NCBI RefSeq assembly: GCF_009914755.1
Contig: NC_060941.1
Source: the human T2T-CHM13v2.0 reference genome, Homo sapiens
Strand: one strand, 5' to 3'
DNA: 64,000 nt
The translations under genes were made by a program, and so were the position numbers. The notes beneath the pieces are model-generated. The model was not told the origin of the DNA, made no database searches, and saw nothing but the letters and a program-made list of their open reading frames with translations. Shown piece by piece: positions 1 through 13,354 of the stretch (positions are counted from its first letter, which is position 1; each line of letters begins with the position of its first letter).

Positions 1-255
<255 letters not shown>

Positions 256-848
256 CCTGGCTGCTCTTTCTGTACGTGCCCATTCCTCCCCTCTCCCACC
301 AGGCCACCCATGTGAGTTGTGGTTGGTGATGTGGCTGGGCCAGCCCTCCTGCACAAGGCCTTCTGTGATGTGCCCCCATCCCAGGAGCAGGCCAGTGCCT
401 CCTTCTGGGTGCCCACATTGTTTGAACCCCATCACCATGTTTGCACCTGCTCTGTAACTATTAATGCACAGCTCCGGGACCTCCCAGGGGGCAGGGACAA
501 GGCTTCATCCCTGTTGTGTCTCCAGGGCTGAGTGTGGCAGGCAGGACAGAGGCACTCGGGACACACCCATTGAACCAAACGGAACTCCCACTTCCAAAGC
601 ACCATGGAACAAAATGTGGCCGGCACCGCAGGTGTGGCCTCTCATTCCCCATACTGGGGACTTGACTTTCTCCTCCTCTAGGCAGTGAGCACCTCTGCAG
701 AGAGATGAACCACCTCGGTACCCCAGTGTCCAGCATAGGTGTCTGCACATAGTACCTGTCCCATAAAAATAAGCAGGACGAGGTTGCCTGCAGAGACACA
801 GCAAGAGGTGGGGTGCATGGCTCACATGTGCTATGAAAGGACGGCGCT

Positions 849-1195
<347 letters not shown>

Positions 1196-1379
1196 TTAGC
1201 AAATCCTGCAAAAACAACAGACACACAGGCTCAGCTTCTGCCCTGGCTAGATAACCTCTGGAGCCCGAGGGAAGAGTGTACCTGCCTGGGGGGAGGGATA
1301 TGGAGTGGGGAGTGCAGGGGGCCACCCGGTTAGGGCAATGGGCAGGTGCCTGGTCAAGGAGGGAGGCTATTCTTTTGTG

Positions 1380-1740
1380 AACTTTTTTTATTTCTTCAGT
1401 GTTTTTTCAGAGTTGGACCCCCGGCGTCTTCACGCTAATGCCACCGTCTTCATTTCTCTCTGGCTGCATCTGCTCTTCATCTCCATGCGGTTATAGTTTT
1501 CACCTCGCTGTAATCAGGGGTCCTGCTTTTTCACTTGATGATATACAGAGACGGCTTCCCTTGTACGGGGACTTCCTACCCATCAGGTCTCACGGCCGCA
1601 CAATATCCCATCGAGTGCCCGCCGCATACTTCACGTAACTATCCCTTTACGACGGACAGGTAAGATGATGCCAGAGGGGTTTCTTCTGCTGCTATAAATA
1701 TCTTGGCACGTCCAGCTTTTTTCATCTTTTGAATTATTTC
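1380..1740 (-). mobile_element. Ancient L1 (L1M/L1ME-like) 3' fragment
   Basis: Minus strand gaaataattcaaaag...aagatatttatagcagca...gatgggatattgtgcggcc...aagtgaaaaagcagg resembles the L1M ORF2 end / 3'UTR. Confidence 0.6.
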
Positions 1741-3924
1741 TCAGGGATATGGTCCCGGGGCGGGATTATGGAATTGAAGGGTCGGGTGGCTCTTGTCCTG
1801 TTCTGCCAGTTGCCCTTCAAGAGATGGGGCTGGGGTAGGTGATGTGGAGGAGTGCCCTACCACCCTCCATCTGCACGTCTGGTGCCTGGTGGGGATGTGC
1901 AGCATGGGCAGAGGGTGCAGCCCGCAGCAGGAGCTCCCAAACACAATGAGGGTGCCGAGTTTTGGAGTTTCCAACACCTTCTCCAGCGTCCGGTGATCTC
2001 AGTCCTGGTCTCCTCTAGGCAGCGAGCAGTGAGCACCTCTGCAGAGGGATGGGCCACCTCGGTATCCCCAGTGTCCTGCACAGGTGTCCGCATATAGTTC
2101 TTGTCCCATACAAATAAACAGGAGGAGGTTGCCTGCAGAGACACAGCAAGAGGTGGGGTGCGTGGCTCACATGTGCTATGGTGTGCGGCTTGGGCAGAGG
2201 GTGCAACCCACAGCAGGAGCTCCAAAACACCATGAGGGTGCCGAGTTTTGGAGGTTCCAACACCTTCTCCAGCGTCCGGTGGTCTCAGTCCTGGGCCACG
2301 GAGCAGACGGTGGGAACACAGGCTTCCTGGCAGGCAGCACGGCCCGATGCGGGCTGGTCTGGTGGGTGGCTGTGGCTTCCGTCGTGGGGAGGCACAAGCC
2401 CTGAATCAGGATGCTCATTTTGGCACACGGCAGCCTGTGCCTCTGACCCTGCCAACGCCAGCCTCCGCCACCTCCTGCCCGCTCAGCCTCCGGAACCATG
2501 AGCAGGACGTTCCAGATCCGAGCTGCTGACAAGCCACAGCAGGCAGGAAGATAAATGGAAGGGTCCTTAATCCCAACTTCTTTCCATAATTAAGTTTTGA
2601 GATCATCGTATGCTGAACCCAGGTTTCAGCAGAGCTGCTGGGACTGGCTCCAGGTGGACGCTGGCGTGCAGTTAACAGGGATAGGGGCCGTGTCGCTGCT
2701 GCCAGCAGCCTGGGAGAGCCCTGCTACTCATCCCCTGCGGATGCCTCCTTCCCACGCTCAGACTCCGGGGGGCTGGACAGACAGGGAGGCAGCTGCAGAT
2801 ACCCCAAGGTCAGAGTCCCAGGCTCCGGCAGGGCTGTACCCCGGTCCATCTCCAGCCCTGACTCCTCCAATCCTAATATGACTTCTCACTGCTGGTTGGG
2901 GCATTTCTAGATCCCTTTACCAGAACCACTGGTAACTCTCCTCAAAGCAACCACAACGCTTTGCCCTGGTCCTCCCTTAAGCCCTGGACTTTCGGTTAGG
3001 CCCTCTCTTAGCACCTCTCCTGGTCACCTGGGTTGTGCCAGGCTGACTGCTGGGCACGGGGATACGTGGGGGGGAACAAGACAGATGAGACCCCTGCCCA
3101 CAAGGAACTCCCCCAGCGGGCCCAGGAGGTTGTGGCCAGGCCAAGCTCCCGAAAGCTCTGGTCTCCTGGGGTCTTGGAAGACAACCAGCCAGCACCCTCC
3201 CTCCTGGAGTCCCGCTGCATTGGGGAAATTGACCAGCGCCCAAAGACGGGCCCACCTGGGCATCTTCGACCATGCCAGGGACAAGACAGCAGAAAAATGG
3301 CCCCAGGGAGAAGGGCTGGGGTCTCTGGACTCTTCTCCAGGAAAACCTTCAAACTCTAGACACCCTTGGCCACCCGCTGCCCTGGGTTCTTCCAGGCTGG
3401 GGCTGGGGCTGGGGCAGGGCTGCTCCGCCTGGGCTCCTACGTGACTCCTTTCTCCTCCTCCCCTCCCCATTTGCCTGGGAGGAAGGAAGGGGCCGCACTT
3501 GCTCCAGCCTCTCTGGCTGCTCCTTCCTTCCCTCCTGCAGCCGGGCTCCTGGCGCTGCCCGTTCCCAATTTCTCCTTCCTGTAGGACTGCTGCAGGGGCC
3601 ACCCTGTTTTTAGGGGGTCGGGTCTCACCCTGGGCCCCCCAGTCCGCAACTCCTGACTCCTTATTCTGCACTTCCTTCCTTGTTCTTCATAAAGAGTAGA
3701 TTTCAGAGCAACTTAACTTCTTTCACAAGCAAATTCCCAGAGCCTGGTTCTTCCCCAGCCCTGGAGGGCCTCCCCGTAATTGCAGGCCTTACTCTCTCTG
3801 CTCCTTTTCAATCACAAATGTCGCTGACAGTCCCCACACTACCACTTGTTTCCCCTTTTGTCCTAGAATGAGAAAAGCAGGCTGTGGGGAGGGGCGGGGA
3901 ATGGGAGAAAGTGCCTGGCTCTAA

Positions 3925-4352
<428 letters not shown>

Positions 4353-7300
4353 TGAGCAGATGAGGGTTGAGGGTCAAGGGTTTAGGGTGGTGGTGTTGGA
4401 GCAGGTGGCTCCCTCGCCTCCCTGCCCTGCACTCACCCAGGAAGGGGAAGGACGCGGCGGGGGGGCACCTGGATCCACAGCCCTGCAGATTCCACAAGGG
4501 AAGCTGTGTCTTCACCAGCAGTCCAGGCCTCGCGTCAAGTCCCCAAAATATGCACCCGCAACTGCTACCAGGACCTAAATCCAGCAACAGCCAGACGGGG
4601 GAGGGTGAGATGAGGGCCAAAGTCAAGGGCTGGCCCTCCCCTTCTTGGCCTCCCACCCCGCCAACCAGTGGGGCCCATCCAGAGGCTCCTCCCCCAGGGT
4701 CAGCCCCACTCTCCTGTCACTCCCCCTTTATCCACATGCTTGTTTGGTGAGATTTCCTAAGTCCTTCCATCTTGGATGTCCTGAGCCTTCCCCGGGGACT
4801 GCGACCATTAGGGGCACTTTGCACCTAACAGGGTGTATCCACTCGGCACCGCCAACAAATGTTGACCAGCTGATAGCTAAAATCTCTCCTCCTCTCTTGG
4901 ACTCCCACCAGATATAACTTTGGGAACATTTGTACCCCAAGGACAAAGGGCTGCGAACGTCACAGGAAACCTGACTTTCCAGCCGGCCACACTCCATGCA
5001 CAAGCCCAGAGGGTCTCCTCAGCCATTCTGTACTGGGCATTGCTGGGTTTTGGGAATTGAGGATGTGAAGGAAGCCAAGACATCGCGTGCTGCCTGTGAC
5101 CTGTGGGCCACAGCCCCTAAACACTCAGCGGATCAGACTTGGTTCCGTTTCCGAAGGTGGTGCCAGCGGATGTTGGGAGGCCCGGTGAACTACAGCCAAC
5201 CCTCGCATGGCACCGCCCAGCTCTGGTAGGAGGGACTGAAATAAATGGAGTCAAGTGAACTTCTTTGGTAAACCATGATGGATCTCTCTTTAGGAACTGC
5301 CCCTCACCAGAGCTTTGCCACCCGTGGGTATTAGGACCCTGATAAAGTCGGCCTCTCCAGCAACGCACGGAGCTATCTCACTTACAACGTGAAAGTGGCT
5401 GTGTGTTGGTTGCCGGCATGAAAAAACACTTTGCTTAATGATTTTTAATAAAAATCAGACATGGTCATGGAGGTGCCTCATGGAGGAAAGCCCTGTCTCC
5501 TCATTAATTAGACAAGCCCTCCCGCCCGCAGGTCCAGCAACCAGGGAGGGTGGGGGCTCTCTTCTTGAGAAAAGTGATGCAAAGCCCTTTGGATCAGTGT
5601 GACTGGGAGGACGCTGCTGCCCACCCTGGCACCCAGGGAGGAGGAGGAGAGATGGGAGAAGAGGGGCTCCCTGGGGCAGGCCAAGTGGGAGGGATGTCTG
5701 GGGGGGGTCTCGGAGGAAGCAGGAAGGGTTGGCCTCTGTGGCTGTCCAGGGAGAGAGAGGAGGAGCCCAGGCTCCCAGGCAGGGCTGAAGCTGGGTCTGT
5801 TCCCCAGGTTCCTGGGAGGGTGGCCATCTGGGAAGCCCAGGAGGGGAGGCTGGAGGCCCAGGGGCCCCCAGCTACTAGGCGGCCCTAGGAAACAGACACT
5901 AAATCCTCATTACAAGGCTTGTTAAATGCACAGACAGGATATTAGCGTTTAAACAGCTTCTATTACTCCAGGGCAAACTTTAAAAAACATAATATTTATA
6001 GAAAGCCTCATTCAGCTCACCCTGTTTGTTCTTTATTTCTCTGGCAATTACCGCTAATTTGGAGACGTTCTGCCTTGGCATCTTCGCCTGGTGCCGGTCA
6101 ATTATGAAGCCACCCGCTGGTGCTGCCCCCACACCCGTCACTCCTGCACAAGACCCAGGGGCTGCAGGGCTTGGGGGAGTGACATGAGCCCACCCCCTGG
6201 CTCCCTGCCCTTCCCCTTCCTGGGCAGGGCAATGTTCACACACCCCAGGCCATCTTCCTGTGCCATCTGTTTGTCCCATCGGGTTGGCTCTGGGGGAAGT
6301 GGGAGGGAGGTGCTGGCCCCCGCAGGGCTCCCGGCTGAAGCTCCCAGGCCCCAGACTGCATGCTGCGGCCCTCGTGCAGCTCTGAGCTGAGCCCAGCAAC
6401 GCTGAGGCTGTAGGGGCAGGGAGGTCCTCCGCTCTGGGCTGCAGCCCCGTCAACCAAAGAGTCACACTGGTTTCCAGACCTATGAATGTGACCGTGGTAG
6501 GAGACGCCTCTGGAAAGCACCCTACTCATGCTCAGATGTGTGGCCCCTGCTCTGCCATGCCAAGGACGTAGCACTGTCAACACGCTCCCTCTCTCCCTCC
6601 AACCTCCCTTCCTTTCTCCATCTGTTCCTTGAGTCCTTGCCAAGCCTCTCCCCTTTCCAGGGCACTGCTGACCGACCACTCAGACTCATCTCCTGCCCAC
6701 ACGGAGCTCACAGTCAGCTGGTGCCCTGGGTAAGACAGGCACCCCTGGTGTGCGGGGACTCACAGAAGATGGAAGGGCAGGGCTCAGGGAATAGCACATA
6801 GAGGAATAAACTGGTCCCCAAAGGCTGTGCATGGCTGGACGTAGCCCAGCAGGAGCGTATCCCCCAGGCTTGGCTCTGCTGTAGGCAGCCATGCCACGCT
6901 GGGCACCGCCCTCTCTCAGCCTGCCCTGAAGCGAAGCACCCACTGCCTCGGTGCCTGCTGGGCACACTGCCGGGCTCAATGTGTCCTTTGCTTTTGTCCC
7001 CAAGGCAGTGGGAAGCCACTCTGGCGGCTGTGGATGCTGGTGCAGGCATTTGGACGTCGTCCTGAGGGTTCCTGAGTAGAGGTCAGAGCCAGAGTCAGGT
7101 TTAACCCGAGAGCCTTGCAAGCAGCGGACGCAGGGCTGGAGCTGATGGTCTTGGGGTCACCCAGGGGTCCAGCACTTGTCCCCTGCCCCCAAGCGTCCTC
7201 AGCCCAGCGGGGGTCAAGATGTAACTGTCTGGGCTTTGGAGCTGGAGACCAGGTTCTGGTCCTGGACATCACAGTTGGGTTGGTGACCTGGATATGTCAC

Positions 7301-7899
7301 TGCCACCTCTGTGGCCCCCCAGCTGGGTGGGGAGAGCAGCCCAGCCTGTTTGCCTCCCAGGCGTAGGTGAGGCGAGCTGAGACGCCATCTGTGAGGAGGC
7401 TCTGAGAGCCACCGTGGTCTCTGCGGTGTGTGGCATTCTTGGGACACAGGGTCCATGTGAGGAAGTGTACCCACCTGACGGAAGAAGGTGGAGACCATGG
7501 GGACCACGGAGCAGGTGGGGAGGGGTCTCCTGGCTGGGACCACCTGGAGGGCCTGGAGTGGAGATGGACTGGGGGGCAGGCAGGAAGGAGGGGTGGGGCA
7601 TTCTAGGAGCAGCTTAGAGGTAGGACCAGCGTGAGGCCAGGGGGCAGGAGTGAGAGGAGGGAGATGAGGAGCACGTTGGGCTGAGCCCAGTCTCCTGCAG
7701 GAAGGAAGGTACCATGGCCCCTCAGGCCCAGAGCACAGGCCCCACGGCTGGTGTGGGCTTCTCTGTGGCAGTGAGCAGAACCCAGGTGGGGACAGGGTCA
7801 CATGCCCACCCGTTCTGGCGTCTCCCTGTCCTGCCAGCAAATATCCCTGTCCTGCTTGACCGGGCACAGAACACGCAAACAGTAATTTTCACCCAACCT

Positions 7900-8005
7900 G
7901 ATCTCACTTTACAGATGAGCCACCTGAGGCTCAGAGAGACTTGGTGACTTGTCCAGGGTCATGCAGCTGCCAAGTGGAGAGCCAGATCCCAGAGCAGGCC
8001 TGAGG
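7900..8005 (-). mobile_element. MIR fragment
   Basis: tttacagatgag..ctgaggctcagagag..gtgacttgtccagggtc MIR core. Confidence 0.75.
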
Positions 8006-8557
8006 AACACGAGTCCCCTGCCCCTGCCATTGAGCCCACTGCCCAGACCCCAGCAGCCTTTTTACCCCCGGCCCCTGTCTCCCCACCGTGGTGGCAGCCC
8101 TCCTCCAGGGGGTATCCCCAGGTGAAACATCCGAAGGCAGAGATACCCCCAAAGCAGGCAGGGGGCCCCCCACTCTGGGCCTCTCTCACAGAACAGCACT
8201 GACCTCCACACCCTTGCTACCAAGGGGAGCCCCTCCCCGCACGGCCAAGCTGAAAGGGCCTGGGGGCAGGTTCCTCCCTGCAACCCACTCTTGCTTTGCC
8301 AAGGCCAGGCCCCTTGGCTCTGCTGGCAACTGTCCCCTTCACAATGAGCACAGAAATCATTGGCCGCAAGTTTGCCAGCTTTAAAATGGGAGCAACAATA
8401 TCTCCAGTGCTGCCCTTGAAAAGCTATGCCCATGGGAGGTGGAGATATGTTCACTCGAGGATGGGAGAGGAGGCTGCACAAGAGTGGGGAGCCCTACAGA
8501 GCTGCTGCTTCAGGGGATACCCCTGGCCAGGTCCCATCCTGCATCTCGGAACAGACT

Positions 8558-9340
8558 CATTCTTTCAATCACTCACTCGTTCATTTCAGTGTTCAGTGTT
8601 CCCAGAGCCCCAGCTGAACATCAGACACAGGGCAGATACCAGGAACAAGAACTGAACAAGACCCAGCCAGGGTGCTCGAGGGAGCTGCAGGCAGAGGGGA
8701 GATGGAGGGGTGAATGGGTAACAGGAGCACCCAAGGATGAGGGTGGGGGTGCAGAGGAGGAAATGGCATCTGGCTGTGGGGTGCTCAGGGAGGGCTTCCT
8801 GGAGGTGGTGACAGCTAAGCTGCCCTTGACTCCATGCCTGCAGCAGCCCCTCATGTCTCTGCCTGAAAGCTCACCCTGAAGTCAAGCAGGAGCCAGTTAT
8901 GGGGGTGGGGTGGGAGGCAGGGTGTTTTTTTAGGTGGAACAAGCCCAAAGGAGAACACGGCAGATGTTCAGATTAACCTTGGAGCAGCTCAGCCTGGCTG
9001 GGCCACGGGGCTTAGGGAGGAGCCGGAAGGAGGTGCGGGGTGAGGTGGAGCTGAGAGGGCAGGGTGGGGAGAAGTTAGCGCTCTGTGTTACGAAGGTGAG
9101 ATTTGATCGGGGCAGGCGGGGCTGGGGCTGGGCCTGGAAGCTGAGTGGGAAGTCGGGGTAGAGGGAGGCAGGACCCACTCTGGGAGCTGGGGTCAGGTGG
9201 ACGGTGGTACCCACTGGTGATCCGCAGGGCAAGGATGGAGAAGCCAGTCTGAAGGAAACAGCAGTTTTCAAGGCTCATTTTTGAGTGTGAGTTTGAGGAG
9301 TGTGTGGGCATCAGGTGGACAACAGGAATCGAGCTGGCGA
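8558..9340 (-). mobile_element. L2 fragments (3' end)
   Basis: cattc-type tail, gaacaagacccag, agggagggcttcctggaggtggtgaca, gagtttgagg similarities. Confidence 0.6.
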
Positions 9341-10518
9341 GGCTGGGAGGGGGTCCTGGTGGGGTTCGGACTTGGGGGGTGGCAGCGTTTGGGTGCCGTC
9401 TCCCACACTGGGGTGGGTGACATGGCTCAGGGAGGGACAGCAGGAGAGGAGGAGGATCCTCCTATGGGGGCCTGGTTCTCTGCCCAGCTGCAAATCCCAG
9501 CTTGGAAGTGGAGCCGGGGATCTGGCTCCTGGGAAGATGAGAAGGAGAGGCTCCCCGATCAGGTTCCGTCCCATCCCAAAATAGCCTGGAAGGTCCAGCA
9601 AAGGAGCACTGGCCCGGCCCCCAGGGCTTGGCCGAGCGTGGCTGAGGACAGGCAGAGCCCCTGCTGGGGAGAGGGGGAGTTCTGGGAGGAAGACCCCCAG
9701 AGGAGCCCGGCAATCAGACCCTAACCAGAGACGGAAGCCCCCTCCCACCTCTGAAGGGGCTCCTAGGCCGGCTCACACACGCCAGGTCAGGGCCGGGAGC
9801 CGAGATGCGGGGAGGTCAGGGAACAGGGGTCCATTCTGCCTGCAGGCTCAGGGAATGTCTTTGGGGAAGTGGTCGCTGAGGCTGGCCTTGAAGAATGAGG
9901 AGGGGGACTAGTGGGACACATCAGGGCATTCTTGGTAGAACCAAAGGCCTTGGTGCAGACATGGAGGCCGGAGCACCCGGGCACATCCTTGCCCCAATTT
10001 TGCCCTGAATGGGAGCAGAGTCAGCAAAGCACAGCAGAGCTCAGCCCATGGGGTGACCAGCGGTGAGCTTGACCCTCGCGATTCTGACTCCCAGGGGCCA
10101 TCCGTCCCTTCTCCACGGCTGCCATGGCTCCTGCGGCCTCAGCCTGCTCTGCGGACCCCCTGCTGGACCCACAGTCCAGCTGCTTGGTGTGGGCCCCACA
10201 GGCACCTGTGCGGGGTCAGGCCCTCCCAGTGGGGCTCCAGGGCCCTTGAGCCCTTCTCCTGGTGATGGGGCTGGACTGTGGCCCTGGAGTTCCATGCTGC
10301 AGGGTAGATTGTGTCTGGACCCAGAGGTCAGGCTGGGAAGGGGTACCCGGATGTGGGGTTGCCCCTGCCTGGGAAGTGTTCCTGGGCTGAGGCTGCTGGC
10401 TGGGCACAGGGGAAAAGTTCACCCTACACGGAAAGCACAACAAATTCACACAGATTTCCAAACCACTTCTGCGCAAGCCTAGAGGCTGATGATCCGGGGA
10501 TATGCAGCCTTCTCCAAA

Positions 10519-10578
10519 GTGTGTGCATGTGCGTGCGCGTGCACACACACACAAAGACACACAGACACACACACATAC
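10519..10578. repeat. (GT)/(GC)/(CA) alternating purine-pyrimidine tract
   Basis: gtgtgtgcatgtgcgtgcgcgtgcacacacacacaaagacacacagacacacacac. Confidence 0.85.
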
Positions 10579-11317
10579 CCTAAACCTTTCCTTCTTCTCC
10601 CAGTTCCGCCCAGTTGAGCTAGGATGGCCCGGTCCTCCCCTCACTGTGAGGGCCCCTTCCTGCTTGGCCTCGCCTGGTACTGCCCCTTCAGGCCTGTCTG
10701 GCCCAGACCCCTACCCTGATTTTTCATTTCCTTTGCCAAAAGGCACAGGGGCTCGCAGAGGAAGGTGGGGGAGGCTGCAGAGTGGGGGCGCCTACTCTCC
10801 CCAGGGCCTCTGCAAGCTGCTCGTGTCTGGGCTCAGAGCTCCGGGGAGGTCGGCTGGGGCTCACAGCCATGCTTCACCACTCCTTCCCAGGGTCCGGTTT
10901 CCCACACCTGATTTTGTTTGGGAAGCGGGAGGAGTAAAGGCACAGGATAAGGGGGAGGGGAGCTTGTGGGGCTGGGGCTGGTGTGCTGGGTTCCTGGGAG
11001 CCATCTGAAGTTTGGGCTAGTGTATCCCCTGCCGGGTATTACTGGAGGCTGGGCCCAGCCCCCTGTCCCAGCCCCCTGTCCCAGCCCCACCGTCTGCATC
11101 CGAGGCCCACCTAGAACAGTCTGGCCGACAGCCAGCACTTCCTGTCTGGGGACACCTCCAACCGGCACCCCTGCCTGCTGGGCCCTGGGGGAAGGGTGGC
11201 ATGGCCTGGGAAGGCACGGGGTGGGGGGGTGGGGGGAGCACGCTGAGCTTCCCAACATTTCAGCCCCAGATCTGCCCAGAGTGAGAAAGCAACACGCAGT
11301 CCACGCTTGGTACATAC

Positions 11318-11335
11318 CCAAAAATACATCATCAT
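11318..11335 (-). CDS. RBFOX3: Coding part of candidate alternative first exon (MMMYFW), phase-0 donor
   Basis: Minus strand reads ccgaa ATG ATG ATG TAT TTT TGG | GTATGT (donor at 11317-11312), with a purine at -3. It lies directly downstream of a promoter-like CpG-containing region. Confidence 0.5.
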
Positions 11336-12030
11336 TTCGGAACCGCGGCTCCACGGCAGGCTCCCGGGGAGGAGGGGAGGAGACCCAATCAGGGAAGCGG
11401 CCGCTGGCGGCAGGTTGGTGGGGGTAGGGGCTTGGTCCCCCAACGCTGGCACTCAGTTTAGCTGTCACTTGCAGCTGTCTTAGGAAGTGCGGCTCTCCTC
11501 TCTGCCTCCCGCTCGCTCCTGCTCACTCCAGGTCCTCTCTCCCTCTCCCTGTGTCTCTGCCTCTCGCTTTATTTCCCCAGGTTGCTCAGCTCCGTGCCTG
11601 CTCTCCGCTCGCCCATCGATGGGGTCCTGCCCGGCACTGCCCTGTCGCAGTCACTCCTGCTGCCTGGATCTCTGTTCAGAGTTGAACTACAGCGTCCTGA
11701 TTCCAGCGCTCATCAAGCAGGGGACCCAGGGGAGGGTGTGTGTGTGTGTGTGTCGGGGGGACACAAAACCTTCCAGCCTAGCAGATCTCACGGATACCGG
11801 AATGGGGAGGACACTTTACTGAAGGTTAGAACAATTCTCATAAGGTCCCTCTTGGCTTCAGAGGGTGGGAGATGAGATTTGGAAGGGCCAGAGAGGTGAC
11901 ACTGCCTGGAGACCCCAGCCCCAAGTTGGAGCAGCAGGGAGGGAGGAGAAGCAGCTCCTGCAGAGGCGGGGCGGCTCTCCAGGCCTGGAGCGTGGGCCAA
12001 TCAGAGACGAGGCGCAGAAGTTGAATGTGC
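11336..12030 (-). promoter_or_regulatory. Candidate alternative promoter / 5'UTR
   Basis: Repeat-free and CpG-enriched (NotI site at 11397). NF-Y boxes CCAATCAG at 11385 and 11997, GC box GAGGCGGGGC at 11963, ETS AGGAAGTG at 11482, E-box CAGCTG at 11472, GA-rich leader on the minus strand, (GT)n at 11736-11753. Confidence 0.55.
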
Positions 12031-13192
12031 ATTGGGTGCAGCAGGGGTGAGAGGGTGGAGTGCAGGGAGGTGGGGCCACCGCCTGCAGGAGAGCCTGCAT
12101 CTAACGTCTGTCCTGCCTCAGCGTTTTCCAGGACACCCCATCCATGAGGGACTCCGATACCTTCTCCACTAACCCACCCTGCTGGGGGCTAGGACCTTTG
12201 AGGACTCACTGCCCTGCAGCCAGGATTTCCGCTCAGCCCTGCCGAAAAGCCGATGCCGGCTGAGCGCTGTTGACAGAGGCCTCTCAGCCGACCTGCCTCG
12301 CTGCCCATCATCTCTGGCCAGTGCCACCCATGGGCTGTATACAGCCAGGGACCCAGGCCCAGGGCCCGGTCGGGAGCCTGCTCCACCATCGGCCTGAAGG
12401 CCAGAGCCCACCCGGGCGGTTGCCTGCTCTTTGAATAGACAAAAGAGACTTCTTTCTATGGTTCTCAGAGTTTCTTCCAATGAGCAACAATGAGGCCCAG
12501 AGGCCGGTTAGTGTTGGGGTGGCTGCAGGCGGGTGGCTGCGTGAGGTCTCATGTGCTGGCTCTGCTCTCATGCTTCCACTCTTTCCTCTGGAGAGTGAGA
12601 GAGTGATGCAGGTTGGGGGGCCTCTTGTCCCCCTTGGGCCTGCATTGGTGGCCTCAAGGGCCAGCCCTAGACTAAACACCCAGGACTTTCCTTCCCTGGA
12701 GGGTAACTTGGGTCCCCCAACCCAACTGTGTCCAGCTGTGGTAAGGTGGGGTCCGGGCGAATTCATGATCGTCTTCAGTGAGAGCCCACCCAGACCCACA
12801 GAGGTCTTCCCACCCTGTCACTCCTTCCATGGGGACCTGGCTGAGTGGAAGGAGGGCTCGCTGGGAAGGAGGAGGTGGGGGTCGGTGGCTGGAGCCTCTG
12901 GCTCTGCTCCCTGGCTCCCCTCCAAGGCCGCCGCCCATAGCTCTCTGGCTGGGCAAGCCCAGGGGAGGTGACAGGATGCAGGCAGCAGCATCAGCTTTGA
13001 GTCTCTGGGGCTGGCATGGATGCCTGGCAGGAGCGGGGAAGGGTGGAGGTGCAGATGGGGAGGGGTGCAGAGGGCAGAAATATGAGTTGCTCATGTTGCA
13101 AGCTCTAGAATGAGACTGCCCAAAAACCTCCACCAGCCACAAACACCTGAGGGTAGGAAAGCAGGTGTTCCACCAGAGCCGATGCCATAGGG

Positions 13193-13354
13193 ACCTGCTG
13201 CCTGATTTCTACCCGTTGCCTGATTTCTACCCATTGCCTGATTTCTACTGCTGCTTGATTTCTACCCGCAGCCTGATTTCTACCTGCTGCCTGATTTCTA
13301 CCTGCAGCCTGATTTCTACCTGCAGCCTGATTTCTACCGGCAGCCTGATTTCTA
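13193..13354 (+). repeat. 18-bp minisatellite, about 9 copies (gcctgatttctacctgca)
   Basis: Directly visible tandem units; one unit is 17 bp. Confidence 0.95.

Noticed and set aside
10833-11468. 211-aa ORF across the candidate promoter
   Set aside because: Non-ATG start, no homology recognised, and it runs through the putative donor in a different frame from MMMYFW.
13193-13354. CRISPR-like array
   Set aside because: Tandem units without unique spacers, in a eukaryotic context.
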